Positions 18,507 to 28,810 of a stretch of 50,519 nucleotides of DNA are shown here, one piece after another (within the stretch, counting starts at the first letter, position 1; each line of letters starts with the position of its first letter). The notes under the pieces were generated by a model that saw only the letters and a program-made list of their open reading frames with translations, made no database searches and was not told the origin of the DNA. The stretch comes from Oligoflexales bacterium. GTDB taxonomy: Bacteria; Bdellovibrionota_B; Oligoflexia; Oligoflexales; Bog-1112. The stretch spans positions 1 to 50,519 of the forward strand of contig JBGCEP010000070.1 of assembly GCA_045106415.1 (NCBI GenBank), read 5' to 3'. The translations under genes were made by a program, and so were the position numbers.

Positions 18507-20069
18507 ATGAAACAGCATTTATTTCAAATAGTAATGTGTTTAATATGGACTTTTTTAAGTGCAGGTTGCGCTGCTAAAAAAAAATCTTCCCCGACAGTTG
18601 ATGACCATCAAAAAAAAGAACTTCCACAAATTTCTGGTCAAGTTGATGCTGATGACGCTTTCGGGGAAAATATCTACTCTTCAGATGCTGTAAAAAATAT
18701 AAATCAAGGTACATCAATTAGTCGTTCACGCTCTTCTCAATCTTCCAATAGTAATTCAAATAACACGAATGATTCAGCAGGAAAGGCAGGACTTCCTGAT
18801 GATATCAACACCGTTCCTTCAAGTGGAAGAACTATATCTGCAACCTATTTTACAGAGTGGTCTATCTACGGCCGAGGATATGAAGTCAATCAAATACCAG
18901 GGGAAAAACTCACTCATATTCTTTACGGGTTTATTCCTATTTGTGGTGACGCTTCTGAAGATTATTGGAATAAATCTCTAAAAGATGTTGGATCCACAGG
19001 GTATTCTGCTTTAGTAAAGGAATGCACAGGGAAACAGCCGGGAGAAATCACTATTCATGATCGATTTGCTGCTTTAGAAAAAAGCTTTGATGGTGACACT
19101 TTTGATCAGCCTCTTAAAGGAAATTTTCACCAACTCGCGCTTCTCAAAGAAAAACACCCTCATCTAAAAGTTGTTCCTTCTATTGGTGGTTGGACTTTAT
19201 CAGATCCTTTCTTTTACCTTGTAAAGAACCCAACCGCTCGAGCAAACTTTCTTAATTCAATTAAATCCTTCTTAATCACTTATCCTATGTTTGATGGCAT
19301 TGATATTGATTGGGAGTTTCCTGGAGGTGGAGGTGCAAACAGTGAATTAGGATCGCCCGATGACGGTGTTGAGTTTGCCAAACTTATGCAAGATATTCGT
19401 AGAGTTCTTGATGAAATTCAACCTGAAAACAAAGACCGTTATGAACTCACAGCTGCTATTGGTGCCTCGCCTGAAAAAATTAGAAGAGTTGATTATGAGT
19501 CTGCACACCCTTATATGGATTATATTTTTTTGATGTCCTATGATTACTACGGTGCTTGGAACACACAAACAGGCCATATGACGGGGTTATTTGAAGGAGA
19601 CAATGCTATATCAGAAGGTTTTGATACTGATAATAGTGTCCAAATTCTAAATGAACAAGTTCCTGCAAATAAGATAGTATTGGGATATGCGGCATATGGT
19701 CGTGGCTGGAAAGGAGTAAATGGACAATCCGGTGATGATCCTTTTTCAGCCAAAGAGTATACCTGTAACCTGGGGTCTTGTGCTATAGCTGGTACCTGGG
19801 AAGCAGGTGTTTTAGATTATAAAGATATTGCTGAAAATTACCTTAATAAAAATGGATTTGTATATGGCTATGACCAAAAAGCAGAAGCCCCTTATTTATG
19901 GAATTCTGTTACTGGTGAACTCATTAGTTACGACGATCCAACATCGATTCAAGCAAAAGCAAATTACGCAAAACAAAAAGGATTAGCAGGAATGTTTTCA
20001 TGGAGTATTGACTCTGATGACGGCAGTTTAATTAATACCGTTATCGATGTTCTTGGTCCTCTTCAATAA
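18507..20069 (+). CDS. chiA: GH18 chitinase, lipoprotein
   Basis: YFTEWSIYGR, SIGGWTLSD, catalytic FDGIDIDWEFP, MSYDYYGAW, ISYDD. Lipobox LSAGC and Ser/Asn-rich linker. Confidence 0.93.
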   Translation: MKQHLFQIVMCLIWTFLSAGCAAKKKSSPTVDDHQKKELPQISGQVDADDAFGENIYSSDAVKNINQGTSISRSRSSQSSNSNSNNTNDSAGKAGLPDDINTVPSSGRTISATYFTEWSIYGRGYEVNQIPGEKLTHILYGFIPICGDASEDYWNKSLKDVGSTGYSALVKECTGKQPGEITIHDRFAALEKSFDGDTFDQPLKGNFHQLALLKEKHPHLKVVPSIGGWTLSDPFFYLVKNPTARANFLNSIKSFLITYPMFDGIDIDWEFPGGGGANSELGSPDDGVEFAKLMQDIRRVLDEIQPENKDRYELTAAIGASPEKIRRVDYESAHPYMDYIFLMSYDYYGAWNTQTGHMTGLFEGDNAISEGFDTDNSVQILNEQVPANKIVLGYAAYGRGWKGVNGQSGDDPFSAKEYTCNLGSCAIAGTWEAGVLDYKDIAENYLNKNGFVYGYDQKAEAPYLWNSVTGELISYDDPTSIQAKANYAKQKGLAGMFSWSIDSDDGSLINTVIDVLGPLQ

Positions 20070-20091
20070 AATTTTGATTCCTCTTTGAAAC

Positions 20092-20121
20092 AAAGGCTAT
20101 CTTTAGATAGCCTTTCATTTT
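20092..20121 (+). terminator. Rho-independent terminator after the chitinase
   Basis: AAAGGCTATC-ttta-GATAGCCTTT followed by a T-rich tract. Confidence 0.65.
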
Positions 20122-20138
20122 ATTTCTTAAATTTTTTT

Positions 20139-20182
20139 ACTGAGCCTCAAACCTTATTTTATTAAAGGGTTTGAGGCTCAGT
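20139..20182. repeat. 15-bp perfect inverted repeat
   Basis: ACTGAGCCTCAAACC-N14-GGTTTGAGGCTCAGT. Confidence 0.8.
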
Positions 20183-20290
20183 TTTAAACCGGGAATTGGT
20201 TATGGTAACTGACTTATATTGTTTGATGTTATTCAGAGATAAATCCATTAACATCTCTTTGCAAATTTAAATATTGCTGGGAGCCTTGTA

Positions 20291-21766
20291 TTGGAAAATC
20301 GCATTTTTCGTTCTTATATCAACGGAAGTTTTCTTAAATCACCTAATCAAACAAATCATGACATTATATTTCCAGCAACCGGAAAAGTTGTGTCCTCTTG
20401 TGAGTATGCAAGCGAAAAAAATCTAGATGAAGCTGTTCAAGGCGCTACGAAAGGCCAAAAACAATGGGCTGCACTTCTGCCGAGTGAGCGCTCTCGTGTG
20501 TTGCATAAAGCAGCTCTTCTTATCCGAGAAAGAAACTCTGAACTGGCTATGATTGATGTTCTTGATACAGGAAAGCCTATCCAAGAGGCCGATGCTGTTG
20601 ATATATGCTCTGGGGCAGATGCTGTTGAGTATTTTGCTTCAGCGACAGCAACCATGAAAGGTGATTTTTACACCCTAGGTCAACAGTATTCATATACAGA
20701 AAGAGAGCCTCTTGGAGTTGTTGCTGGAATTGGAGCATGGAATTACCCTTTTCAAATTGCGTGTTGGAAATCAGCTCCTGCCCTCGCTGCTGGAAACTCT
20801 ATGATTTATAAGCCAAGTGAACTTACACCCATGAGTGCCTGCTTTCTTGCTGAAATCTACACACAAGCTGGGCTTCCTGATGGTGTTTTCAATGTTGTGT
20901 TAGGTGATGCAGAACTCGGTAAAAATATTGTTAAACATGCTGGCATCAAAAAAATATCTTTAACTGGAGAAGTTGAAACTGGCCAAAAAGTCTATACATC
21001 ATGCGCTGAACAGCTTAAACATGTCACTCTCGAACTTGGGGGGAAGAGTCCCTTAATTATTTTTGAAGATGCTGATATTCCCAATGCTGTACGAGCTTCT
21101 ATGGTTGCCAACTTTTATACACAGGGCCAGATTTGCTCAAATGGCACTCGAGTCTTTGTTCACAAAAATATACAAAAAAAATTCGAACAACAATTAGTTG
21201 ATGCAACAAATCGTATCCGTATTGGTGATCCTCGAGATCCTAACGTTCAGTTTGGATCTTTAATAAATTTTGAACACAAACAAAAAGTCGCAAGCTACAT
21301 CGAATTAGGCTTAAAAGAAGGAGCCAAGCTCTTGTCTGGAGGCAAAACGCCATCATTCCCAAACAAGCCCGACATTTCTTCCGACTGCTATATAGAACCT
21401 ACGATCTTTACAGACTGTCATGATGACATGAGCATCGCCAAAGAAGAAATTTTTGGTCCAGTGATGTCTACTTTAACATTTAATGATCAAGAAGAAGTTC
21501 TCAATCGAGCAAACAATACTCGGTTTGGTTTAGCTGCGGGTGCTTTCACACAAGATATGAATCGAGCGAGAAGAGTCAGCAGGACTCTTGAAACAGGTAT
21601 CTGCTGGATCAACAACTACAATATTACTCCAATTGAAGTTCCTTTTGGTGGAGTGAAAAATTCTGGCTTAGGGCGAGAAAATTCATTAGCTGCTCTCGAG
21701 CATTATACGCAAATTAAAACAGTATATATTGAAACACAAGATGTTGATTCTCCATATGAGGTCTAA
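20291..21766 (+). CDS. betB: Betaine aldehyde dehydrogenase
   Basis: [50 protein letters not shown]. Adjacent to betA. Confidence 0.93.
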   Translation: MENRIFRSYINGSFLKSPNQTNHDIIFPATGKVVSSCEYASEKNLDEAVQGATKGQKQWAALLPSERSRVLHKAALLIRERNSELAMIDVLDTGKPIQEADAVDICSGADAVEYFASATATMKGDFYTLGQQYSYTEREPLGVVAGIGAWNYPFQIACWKSAPALAAGNSMIYKPSELTPMSACFLAEIYTQAGLPDGVFNVVLGDAELGKNIVKHAGIKKISLTGEVETGQKVYTSCAEQLKHVTLELGGKSPLIIFEDADIPNAVRASMVANFYTQGQICSNGTRVFVHKNIQKKFEQQLVDATNRIRIGDPRDPNVQFGSLINFEHKQKVASYIELGLKEGAKLLSGGKTPSFPNKPDISSDCYIEPTIFTDCHDDMSIAKEEIFGPVMSTLTFNDQEEVLNRANNTRFGLAAGAFTQDMNRARRVSRTLETGICWINNYNITPIEVPFGGVKNSGLGRENSLAALEHYTQIKTVYIETQDVDSPYEV

Positions 21767-21768
21767 AA

Positions 21769-23415
21769 ATGACAAATTCTAAAATATACGATTACATTAT
21801 TGTTGGCGGCGGCTCTGCCGGATGCATCCTAGCAAACCGACTGAGCCAAGATCCAAAAAATGAAGTTCTAGTCCTTGAAGCAGGACGAACAGATTCCCTA
21901 TGGGACCTCTTTATTCACATGCCTGCCGCTTTGACAATTCCGATTGGTAACAAAAACTACGATTGGTGCTACAACTCTGAACCAGAGCCTCACATGAATA
22001 ACCGCAGAGTGTTTCATGCTCGAGGAAAAATATTAGGTGGATCCAGTAGTATTAACGGCATGATTTTTCAACGAGGCAACCCTCTTGATTATGAAAGATG
22101 GGCATCAAACCCAGGCCTTGAACAATGGGACTATGCACATTGCCTGCCATATTTTAAAAAAATGGAAAACTGCCTTGCTGGTCCTGATGACTACCGTGGA
22201 GGAGAAGGACCTCTCAAGTTAGAAAGAGGACCTGGCACAAATCCTTTATTTTCAGCTTTTTTAAACGCAACAAAAGAAGCTGGCTACCCTCAAACAAAGG
22301 ACGTGAATGGTTATCAACAAGAAGGTTTTGCTCTTTTTGATCGCAATGTTTATAAAGGCCGTCGTCTCAGTGCGGCGAGAGCTTATTACCATCCTGTCAA
22401 AAACCGCCCAAATCTGACATTAATCACAAAAGTTCTCACCTCAAAAATAATTTTTGAAGGAACAAAGGCTGTTGGAGTGACTTATCAAGACAGTTCTGGA
22501 AAAAGTCATACAGCAAAAGGCAACGATACGATTCTGTGTGCAGGAGCATTCAACTCACCACAACTCCTTCAGCTTTCAGGAGTCGGAGCAAGCCAAGATC
22601 TTGAGGGTCTCGACATCAAAACCATTATAGATCTACCGGGAGTTGGAGAGAACTTACAAGACCACCTTGAGGTCTATATTCAGCATAGCTGTACAAAGCC
22701 TGTTTCTATGAATCCTGCCATGAAATGGTGGCGAAAACCTGGTATTGGATTACAGTGGCTTTTTGGAAAAGGTCCTGCAGCAACAAATCATTTTGAAGCT
22801 GGTGGTTTTATCAAAGGAAACGAACAGGTTCCATACCCTAACCTTATGTTTCATTTTTTACCCTTAGCAGTCCGTTACGACGGTACAGCACCTGCAAATG
22901 GACATGGTTTTCAAGTTCATGTTGGTCCAATGTTTTCAGATGTCCGTGGTCATGTAAAAATTCAATCAAAAGATCCCAAACAGCACCCGAAGGTTCTTTT
23001 CAACTACCTCTCTACTGAAAATGACCGTAAAGAGTGGGTTGAAGCTATTCGTGTCTCTCGAAAAATATTGAACCAGCCAAGTTTAAAAGAATACAGCGGT
23101 GGAGAAATATCACCAGGTCCAGAAATCCAAACAGACCAACAAATTTTAGATTGGGTCGCAAAAGATGCAGAGACAGCCTTACACCCATCATGCACTTGTA
23201 AAATGGGCACAGAAAAAGATGCGGTTGTTGACCCTCAAAACTTAAAAGTCCATGGAGCAGAAGGCCTAAGAGTCGTTGACGCTTCGGTGATGCCTCATAT
23301 TACAAATGGGAATATTTATGCTCCAGTCGCCATGATTGCAGAAAAAGCAGCAGATTTAATATTAGGGCACACTCCACTGCCTCCAGAACATAACAAGATC
23401 TTCGCTTCATCGTAA
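21769..23415 (+). CDS. betA: Choline dehydrogenase (GMC oxidoreductase)
   Basis: [52 protein letters not shown]. Confidence 0.95.
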   Translation: MTNSKIYDYIIVGGGSAGCILANRLSQDPKNEVLVLEAGRTDSLWDLFIHMPAALTIPIGNKNYDWCYNSEPEPHMNNRRVFHARGKILGGSSSINGMIFQRGNPLDYERWASNPGLEQWDYAHCLPYFKKMENCLAGPDDYRGGEGPLKLERGPGTNPLFSAFLNATKEAGYPQTKDVNGYQQEGFALFDRNVYKGRRLSAARAYYHPVKNRPNLTLITKVLTSKIIFEGTKAVGVTYQDSSGKSHTAKGNDTILCAGAFNSPQLLQLSGVGASQDLEGLDIKTIIDLPGVGENLQDHLEVYIQHSCTKPVSMNPAMKWWRKPGIGLQWLFGKGPAATNHFEAGGFIKGNEQVPYPNLMFHFLPLAVRYDGTAPANGHGFQVHVGPMFSDVRGHVKIQSKDPKQHPKVLFNYLSTENDRKEWVEAIRVSRKILNQPSLKEYSGGEISPGPEIQTDQQILDWVAKDAETALHPSCTCKMGTEKDAVVDPQNLKVHGAEGLRVVDASVMPHITNGNIYAPVAMIAEKAADLILGHTPLPPEHNKIFASS

Positions 23416-23461
23416 GAAAAGCCTCTGTAAGAGGCCTTCCTTCCTTTTATTTTTTTAAACT

Positions 23462-23516
23462 TTAAAATTGAGAACATAAAACCAAAAAAATCTATGTTTT
23501 ATGTTCTCAATTTTAA
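23462..23516. terminator. 21-bp perfect inverted repeat between convergent betA and GH16 genes (probable bidirectional terminator)
   Basis: TTAAAATTGAGAACATAAAAC-N13-GTTTTATGTTCTCAATTTTAA. Confidence 0.55.
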
Positions 23517-23550
23517 TCTGCTGTTTAGCAAATACATATGGTTATGGTTC

Positions 23551-25191
23551 CTATATTTTTTCTACTCGGACTTGATCGATTTTGACTGACCAAGCACCTT
23601 CTTCAACAGGTTCAATGACTATGGGATTCACGACATAGCTTGGATTTAATTTCGACCCTGGTTCAACACTATTGTCGTTATCAAAAAGATCTTGAATAGG
23701 TATACGAAGAGTTTTCCACACACCTGATGAGATATTATCAACTATAAGATCACTGGTTTGAGGCCATCCACTATCTATTTTTATTCGTACACTAGGATTC
23801 ACAGAGTTCACCTGGAGATCCATGACAAGTTGTCCTTCGCTCCATGTAGAAAAATCAGCAAAAAAACCATCAACAAAATGTGCATAAACATTCGCAATTC
23901 CACGGCCTCCTTTTTTAACCTCGATGACTTCTCCTCGTTCTGTGTCTTGAACTTCTTGTGCGATAATGTTTATACCTTCGCTACCATAAGTTAAAATCTC
24001 AAAATCATCATCAACACCATCATCACCGTATACAATGAGTTCCTCAACATCTTGAAGAGGATATAGTAGTGGCACATCAGGTACAGAAGCCCCTTCTAAA
24101 GGTTCTATATTTGTTGGTTTTTTACATCCTTTACCTGTTTGGGAGTCTTTTAAACATTCATAAACACGAACCCAGTCGATCGACATAGTCTGTGGAAAAG
24201 AGCTCTGAGCATCCGGAGGGCCTGGCCAAGCACCACCAACCGCTACATTCAAAAGGATATGAAACTCTTTATCAAAAGGTTTTGGGAATTCATGTAGAGT
24301 GATTTGGCCATTACTCTGTGTTTTTGAATACCATTTATTCTGGGTAGCATAATGTTCATCATCGATAAACCACCGGATTTCTCCCTCTTCCCACTCGACA
24401 CAGTACTCATGAAATGTAAACCCTGGGTGAAACTTCTCAAAAACATACTCTTGGCCTGAGTGAACATTGTCTGGCCAAGAACCCCCATAGTGTAAGGTGC
24501 CATGCACAGATGCGTTTTGAGCAGAATCCGCAGAAAGATTGACTGCTTCCATAATATCAATTTCACCACTTGCAGCCCATACCCCTTGTACCGGATCTGT
24601 AGGAAGCATCCATATTGCTGGCCATAACCCTTGACCATATGGAAGCTTTGCTCGAGCACAAATTTTTCCATATAAAAAATCTGCCTGGCCTTTTGTACGA
24701 ATTCGGCCTGAGGTATACTCCATTGTTTTAGGCCCGCCATCACCATTTGCTCCATCTGAACCCGTAAAACTTTCTTTTATAGCGGTAATATTTAAAAAGC
24801 CATTTTTGACATAAACATTATCTTTTTTATCTGTATAACATTGAAGTTCACCGTTACCACCACCCCAACAATTTTGCTCATAGCTCCACTTTTGAAGATC
24901 AAGATCACCTTCTTCAAACTCATCACTCCAAACCAAGTTCCAATCAGAGTTATTCTCATGGTTTCCGTCTATAGTATTCTGAGCGCTTATCACCTGAGAG
25001 ATTTCTGGTTCATCTAATTTTTTTTTCTGCAAATCATCAGATCTTTCTTCAGCAGCTTGATTTCTATATATTGTCGTATAATTTCCATTTTGGGAGGCAG
25101 AGGGTGATCTTTGCTCTCGTTTGCAAGAGAGTGAAAAAAAAACAAATAAAAGATATAAAAAAAAGGTCTTAGGAAAAAAAGCGAACATCAT
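23551..25191 (-). CDS. GH16 beta-1,3-glucanase (laminarinase-like) lipoprotein with C-terminal putative carbohydrate-binding domain
   Basis: WNLVWSDEF, WGGGNGELQCY, WPAIWMLP, catalytic GEIDIME. Lipobox SLSC. Confidence 0.92.
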   Translation of the reverse strand: MMFAFFPKTFFLYLLFVFFSLSCKREQRSPSASQNGNYTTIYRNQAAEERSDDLQKKKLDEPEISQVISAQNTIDGNHENNSDWNLVWSDEFEEGDLDLQKWSYEQNCWGGGNGELQCYTDKKDNVYVKNGFLNITAIKESFTGSDGANGDGGPKTMEYTSGRIRTKGQADFLYGKICARAKLPYGQGLWPAIWMLPTDPVQGVWAASGEIDIMEAVNLSADSAQNASVHGTLHYGGSWPDNVHSGQEYVFEKFHPGFTFHEYCVEWEEGEIRWFIDDEHYATQNKWYSKTQSNGQITLHEFPKPFDKEFHILLNVAVGGAWPGPPDAQSSFPQTMSIDWVRVYECLKDSQTGKGCKKPTNIEPLEGASVPDVPLLYPLQDVEELIVYGDDGVDDDFEILTYGSEGINIIAQEVQDTERGEVIEVKKGGRGIANVYAHFVDGFFADFSTWSEGQLVMDLQVNSVNPSVRIKIDSGWPQTSDLIVDNISSGVWKTLRIPIQDLFDNDNSVEPGSKLNPSYVVNPIVIEPVEEGAWSVKIDQVRVEKI

Positions 25192-25217
25192 TCAAACTCC
25201 ACAGAAAGCTCTTTGCC

Positions 25218-25245
25218 TTATCGAACCTTATCAGTTGAAACTTTA
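25218..25245 (-). promoter_or_regulatory. Putative sigma28 (FliA)-type promoter
   Basis: Perfect TAAAGTTT, then N12, then TTCGATAA, about 27 nt upstream of the GH16 start. Confidence 0.55.
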
Positions 25246-25305
25246 GGCTTTTCTATGGTTTTACATTGAATAACAATAAGCATTTTGTAGAATTCAAAAA
25301 CTTTA

Positions 25306-25864
25306 GAAGCTGTCTGACCTTTTTTGAAGACCTTTTATGACAATTGAGATGTTTTTTTCATGGCAATCCTGAGGCTTCCAATGAAATTCATAGATTCTTG
25401 ATGGTCAGAGTTTTTTTCATAGTTCCTGACAAGTCTTCTTTGACGATTCAGCCATGCAAATGATCTCTCTACAACCCAACGGAAAGACTGTGGAACAAAG
25501 CCTTTTTCTCCCTCTTTTCTACAGTCCGCTTCGATAGAAGCAGGAACTCTGCATGATATCCCAACATCTCTATAAGCCTTATCCCCAAGGATTTTCTCAA
25601 GTCTGGGAAAATTTTCATCGTCATTGAGCTGTGCAGTGATAACTTCTCCTGCATGTCGATCATGTTGGTTAGCTGACGTCACAACGCATGACAAAAGCAT
25701 CCCCATGACATCTGTGCCGTTTACGACCTTTAACCTTTTTATTGCAATCCAAACCTCGACCCCAAACACCAGGCTCTGCCGTATAGAGATTGAGAGTCAA
25801 CAGACACGAGTGATAATGATCGCTCCCTTCCGACTTTTTCTCTCGCTATTTCCACTAAATGAGG
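25306..25864 (-). mobile_element. IS5-family transposase remnant (3' half, frameshifted) with right end
   Basis: Minus-strand frames give REKVGRERSLSLVSVDSQS / GLDCNKKVKGRKRH / DVMGMLL...GDKAY...RWVVERSFAWLNRQRRLVRNYE, with two frame breaks. Probable terminus GAAGCTGTCTGA after TTA at about 25306. Confidence 0.85.
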
Positions 25865-26159
25865 TTTTCAATGCGTATCTTGAGAAGATTTTAAGCCCAC
25901 ATTTGGATGGAAATACAGTTATTGTGCTTGATAATGCTTCATTTCATAAGTCTTCAAATATAGTTCAAATAGCTCAAGAGTATGGGGCAGAAGTTCTATA
26001 TCTTCCCCCATATAGTCCAGATCTCAATCCTATCGAACACAAGTGGCATCAAGTTAAAACAAAAATACGAAAAATTCTCAGAGATGGATGTGACTCTATT
26101 TATGATGCTGTTTGTGCGGCTATGAAGATGTTGAGCAAGTAAATGTAGCCAATGCTATA
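25861..26159 (+). mobile_element. IS630-family transposase remnant (3' part) with right end
   Basis: VIVLDNASFHK and YLPPYSPDLNPIEHKW (DDE_3). Ends ...CCAATGCTATA at a TA. Confidence 0.9.
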
Positions 26160-26343
26160 TCAATGCTGACAGCCCTCGTTACGATAAAACTTTTGCACGA
26201 CTTAAAGCTTTGCCTGACAGAGAAAACATCGACTGATGTTCACAGCAAGGAGATAGAAACATCTTCTTGCTAACCTCCTCTCTAAGTATCTGCAGGTCTC
26301 AACACCATAAATTAAAATAATTAAATTCCTTGTTTATCACACC

Positions 26344-27348
26344 TTACATTTGAATTGTGTCTAGACCAATTTTTCGTATTACTTGTATTGAAACAAGAGT
26401 TCTCAGCACTGTTGTTGCATTTATAGAGATAGCAGGTTGATCTTCATGAGTCACTTTTTGCGCTAATAAGTAAGGCTCAATTAAATCAAAAACACTTTCA
26501 TCAAAAACTTCACCAACTTTCTTTTCGAAATCTTTTCTTAAATCTTCTAAGAGATAAAGGCTCATTGCACTTTCATCAAGACCAGATTCTTGAGCATAAT
26601 TCCTCATTTTCATTAAAGTCATTTTTTGCTTATTAGTAAAAGAAACTTGCAAGAGTTTTTTATTTTTCCCATATTCACACGACTTAAAAAAAGACGCAAA
26701 CCAGTCTAACTTCTGTATTTGAGAAATCTCACAAACCTCTCTGTGTTTATCTGGTTCTTTTTCTGTTTTTATAAGACCTTGTTGAACAAAAACTTCTTTT
26801 ATCTCTTCTATAATTTCTTCTGGATAACCTGTGAGCACCTGTATTCTCGCCAACACATCTGGGATCAAAACAACACATCGTCCATCGTCTAAATCTAAAG
26901 TATGCAATTCACTTAAGTTTGATAAACTATAAGCCATCTGTATTGCGACTAAAGATTTTGTCAGCATTTTTCCTCTATTGATTTTTGCATCTTGCAACGA
27001 CTTAACATATTGGTCATTCATTTGAGAAAGACGGAGTGTACATTCTTTCATAACAATACCGACCCAATTTGGAAGACCTTGGACCAATTTTTTAAATTGA
27101 TCCGATGTAATATAACGCGCAATAATATCAGTTTTAGCTCTAGCTGAAGCTAACCTTTTCCCTCCAGTTAAACACGTTAATAAACCAACTAGTTCACCTG
27201 GATTTAAAGTCGCAAGCACAATATCTTGATGATCTTCTGTAATAAAAATCTCCATAGTTCCTTGTTCTATAATATATACAGAACCACCATGGTCACCCTG
27301 TGAAAAAATTGTGGAACCTTTTACAAAACTTGTTTGCTCATCACTCAC
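26344..27348 (-). CDS. Cyclic-nucleotide-binding (Crp/Fnr-like) domain protein
   Basis: GSTIFSQGD...VYIIEQG...LNPGELVG...RLASARA. Confidence 0.85.
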   Translation of the reverse strand: MSDEQTSFVKGSTIFSQGDHGGSVYIIEQGTMEIFITEDHQDIVLATLNPGELVGLLTCLTGGKRLASARAKTDIIARYITSDQFKKLVQGLPNWVGIVMKECTLRLSQMNDQYVKSLQDAKINRGKMLTKSLVAIQMAYSLSNLSELHTLDLDDGRCVVLIPDVLARIQVLTGYPEEIIEEIKEVFVQQGLIKTEKEPDKHREVCEISQIQKLDWFASFFKSCEYGKNKKLLQVSFTNKQKMTLMKMRNYAQESGLDESAMSLYLLEDLRKDFEKKVGEVFDESVFDLIEPYLLAQKVTHEDQPAISINATTVLRTLVSIQVIRKIGLDTIQM

Positions 27349-27355
27349 ATCTACC

Positions 27356-27691
27356 TCAAAACTTTGTTGTCTCTAACCTTCCATAAGCATCCAAAAGCTT
27401 TTGTGCTTCGACTTCTAAAATTTTTTTAGGAATCTCTTTATCAAAAGTCACCATAACTGATTTGGAAACGATTCGAACAACTTTGCATTTACAACGATAT
27501 TTCGTTTTTGAAAAAAAATGTATTTCAGCATCAAAAACACTGTCTGCAACAGGAACTTCCTCAGCACATAAAAATTTCAGTCCAGATTCCGAAAGATCTT
27601 GAATCAAAAATGTATATTTATTCACAACTAAAGACGGCAACGCATCTTGAGGATAGCGGATACGAAAATGCCGACGATCTTTTACACTCAT
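27356..27691 (-). CDS. PilZ domain protein
   Basis: RRHFR (RxxxR) and DLSESG (DxSxxG) c-di-GMP motifs. Confidence 0.85.
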   Translation of the reverse strand: MSVKDRRHFRIRYPQDALPSLVVNKYTFLIQDLSESGLKFLCAEEVPVADSVFDAEIHFFSKTKYRCKCKVVRIVSKSVMVTFDKEIPKKILEVEAQKLLDAYGRLETTKF

Positions 27692-27836
27692 TCAAACCTC
27701 TCTACTTAAAAACCTATAACTGCTATTTTCTCTCGTATCCTTATTTTCACAAAACTTTTAATTCTATCACAACTCTACTTACATACTTTTTATCAGTTAA
27801 GCTATTATAAGCACATGTAATTACTCTGGAGACATA

Positions 27837-28229
27837 ATGCAACACGAGATATCAACACAAAGCCTCTACGTCACTACAACTTCGAATAAAGGACGAGGTG
27901 TCTACACAAGAGAAAAAATATCGAAAGATACTATTATTGAAATTTCTCCCATTATGATTCTCTCGAAACAAGACACCATTAAAATCCAAGACACCAATCT
28001 ATCCAACTATATTTATGAGTATCATGAACAGCAAGACGCATTGTCTCTTGGTTATGGTTCTCTTTATAACCATTCTTATACACCAAATGCTTATTATCAA
28101 TTTGACATCGATCACCAGATTCTTGAGTTTATTGCACTTTCAGATATTTTAAAAGACGAAGAAATCACCATTAACTATAACGGTGATCCTCAAGACAAAA
28201 CTGAATTATGGTTTTCTGTTAAGGCTTGA
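27837..28229 (+). CDS. SET domain protein
   Basis: KGRGVY, YNHSYTPNA, EEITINY. Confidence 0.9.
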   Translation: MQHEISTQSLYVTTTSNKGRGVYTREKISKDTIIEISPIMILSKQDTIKIQDTNLSNYIYEYHEQQDALSLGYGSLYNHSYTPNAYYQFDIDHQILEFIALSDILKDEEITINYNGDPQDKTELWFSVKA

Positions 28230-28288
28230 CTCCTCTTTTAAGTCACCTTAGTGTACAAAATCGTACGTTTCTTATTTTAGAGGTTCAC

Positions 28289-28732
28289 ATGCTTAAAATA
28301 ACAGATCTTCCCCTACTTAACGCCAGCTTAAATACATTCAGCGCTATTCTTCTGATCATGGGAAAAAGAGCGCAATCGACGGGGCGTATCAACGCACATA
28401 AAAAAATCATGAGCGCCGCACTATTTACTTCCACTCTTTTCTTAACAAGCTATCTTATCTACCACTTCCAAAGCCATATTATTACCAAGTGGGAAGTTGA
28501 TGGCGCTCTACGTTGGTTCTACTATACAATGCTTTTCACTCATATTGTGCTAGCTATACTCATCGTCCCTGGAATCATACAAGGGGTTTGGATGATTATC
28601 CAAGGTCGTATTGAAGACCATCAAAAAACGATGAAAATTGTGTGGCCCGCATGGCTTTACGTTTCAATCACTGGTGTTTTGGTTTATTTATTCTTATACC
28701 AACTTCAACCTTGGTTACTCAGCGTATCTTAA
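28289..28732 (+). CDS. DUF420 family membrane protein
   Basis: LPLLNASLN...HKKIM...FLTSYLIYH...HIVLA...WLYVSITGVLVY. ATG 28289 after GAGG. Confidence 0.85.
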   Translation: MLKITDLPLLNASLNTFSAILLIMGKRAQSTGRINAHKKIMSAALFTSTLFLTSYLIYHFQSHIITKWEVDGALRWFYYTMLFTHIVLAILIVPGIIQGVWMIIQGRIEDHQKTMKIVWPAWLYVSITGVLVYLFLYQLQPWLLSVS

Positions 28733-28810
28733 GTAAAAAAATCATGAACCTTTTTTCAAATCCTTAAAATTCTTTTTATTCTTCCTCTAAAACACTGGGT
28801 TTTACTCATC

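Noticed and set aside
20200..20240. BetI operator upstream of betB
   Set aside because: No convincing dyad match, and no betI in the window.
25624..26142. 172-aa ORF as an intact gene
   Set aside because: The N-terminal half is the antisense of the IS5 remnant. Only the part after about 25861 is IS630 transposase.
27837..28229. SET protein as a host-chromatin effector
   Set aside because: A minimal stand-alone SET with no export signal, among housekeeping genes. This type is common in free-living bacteria.
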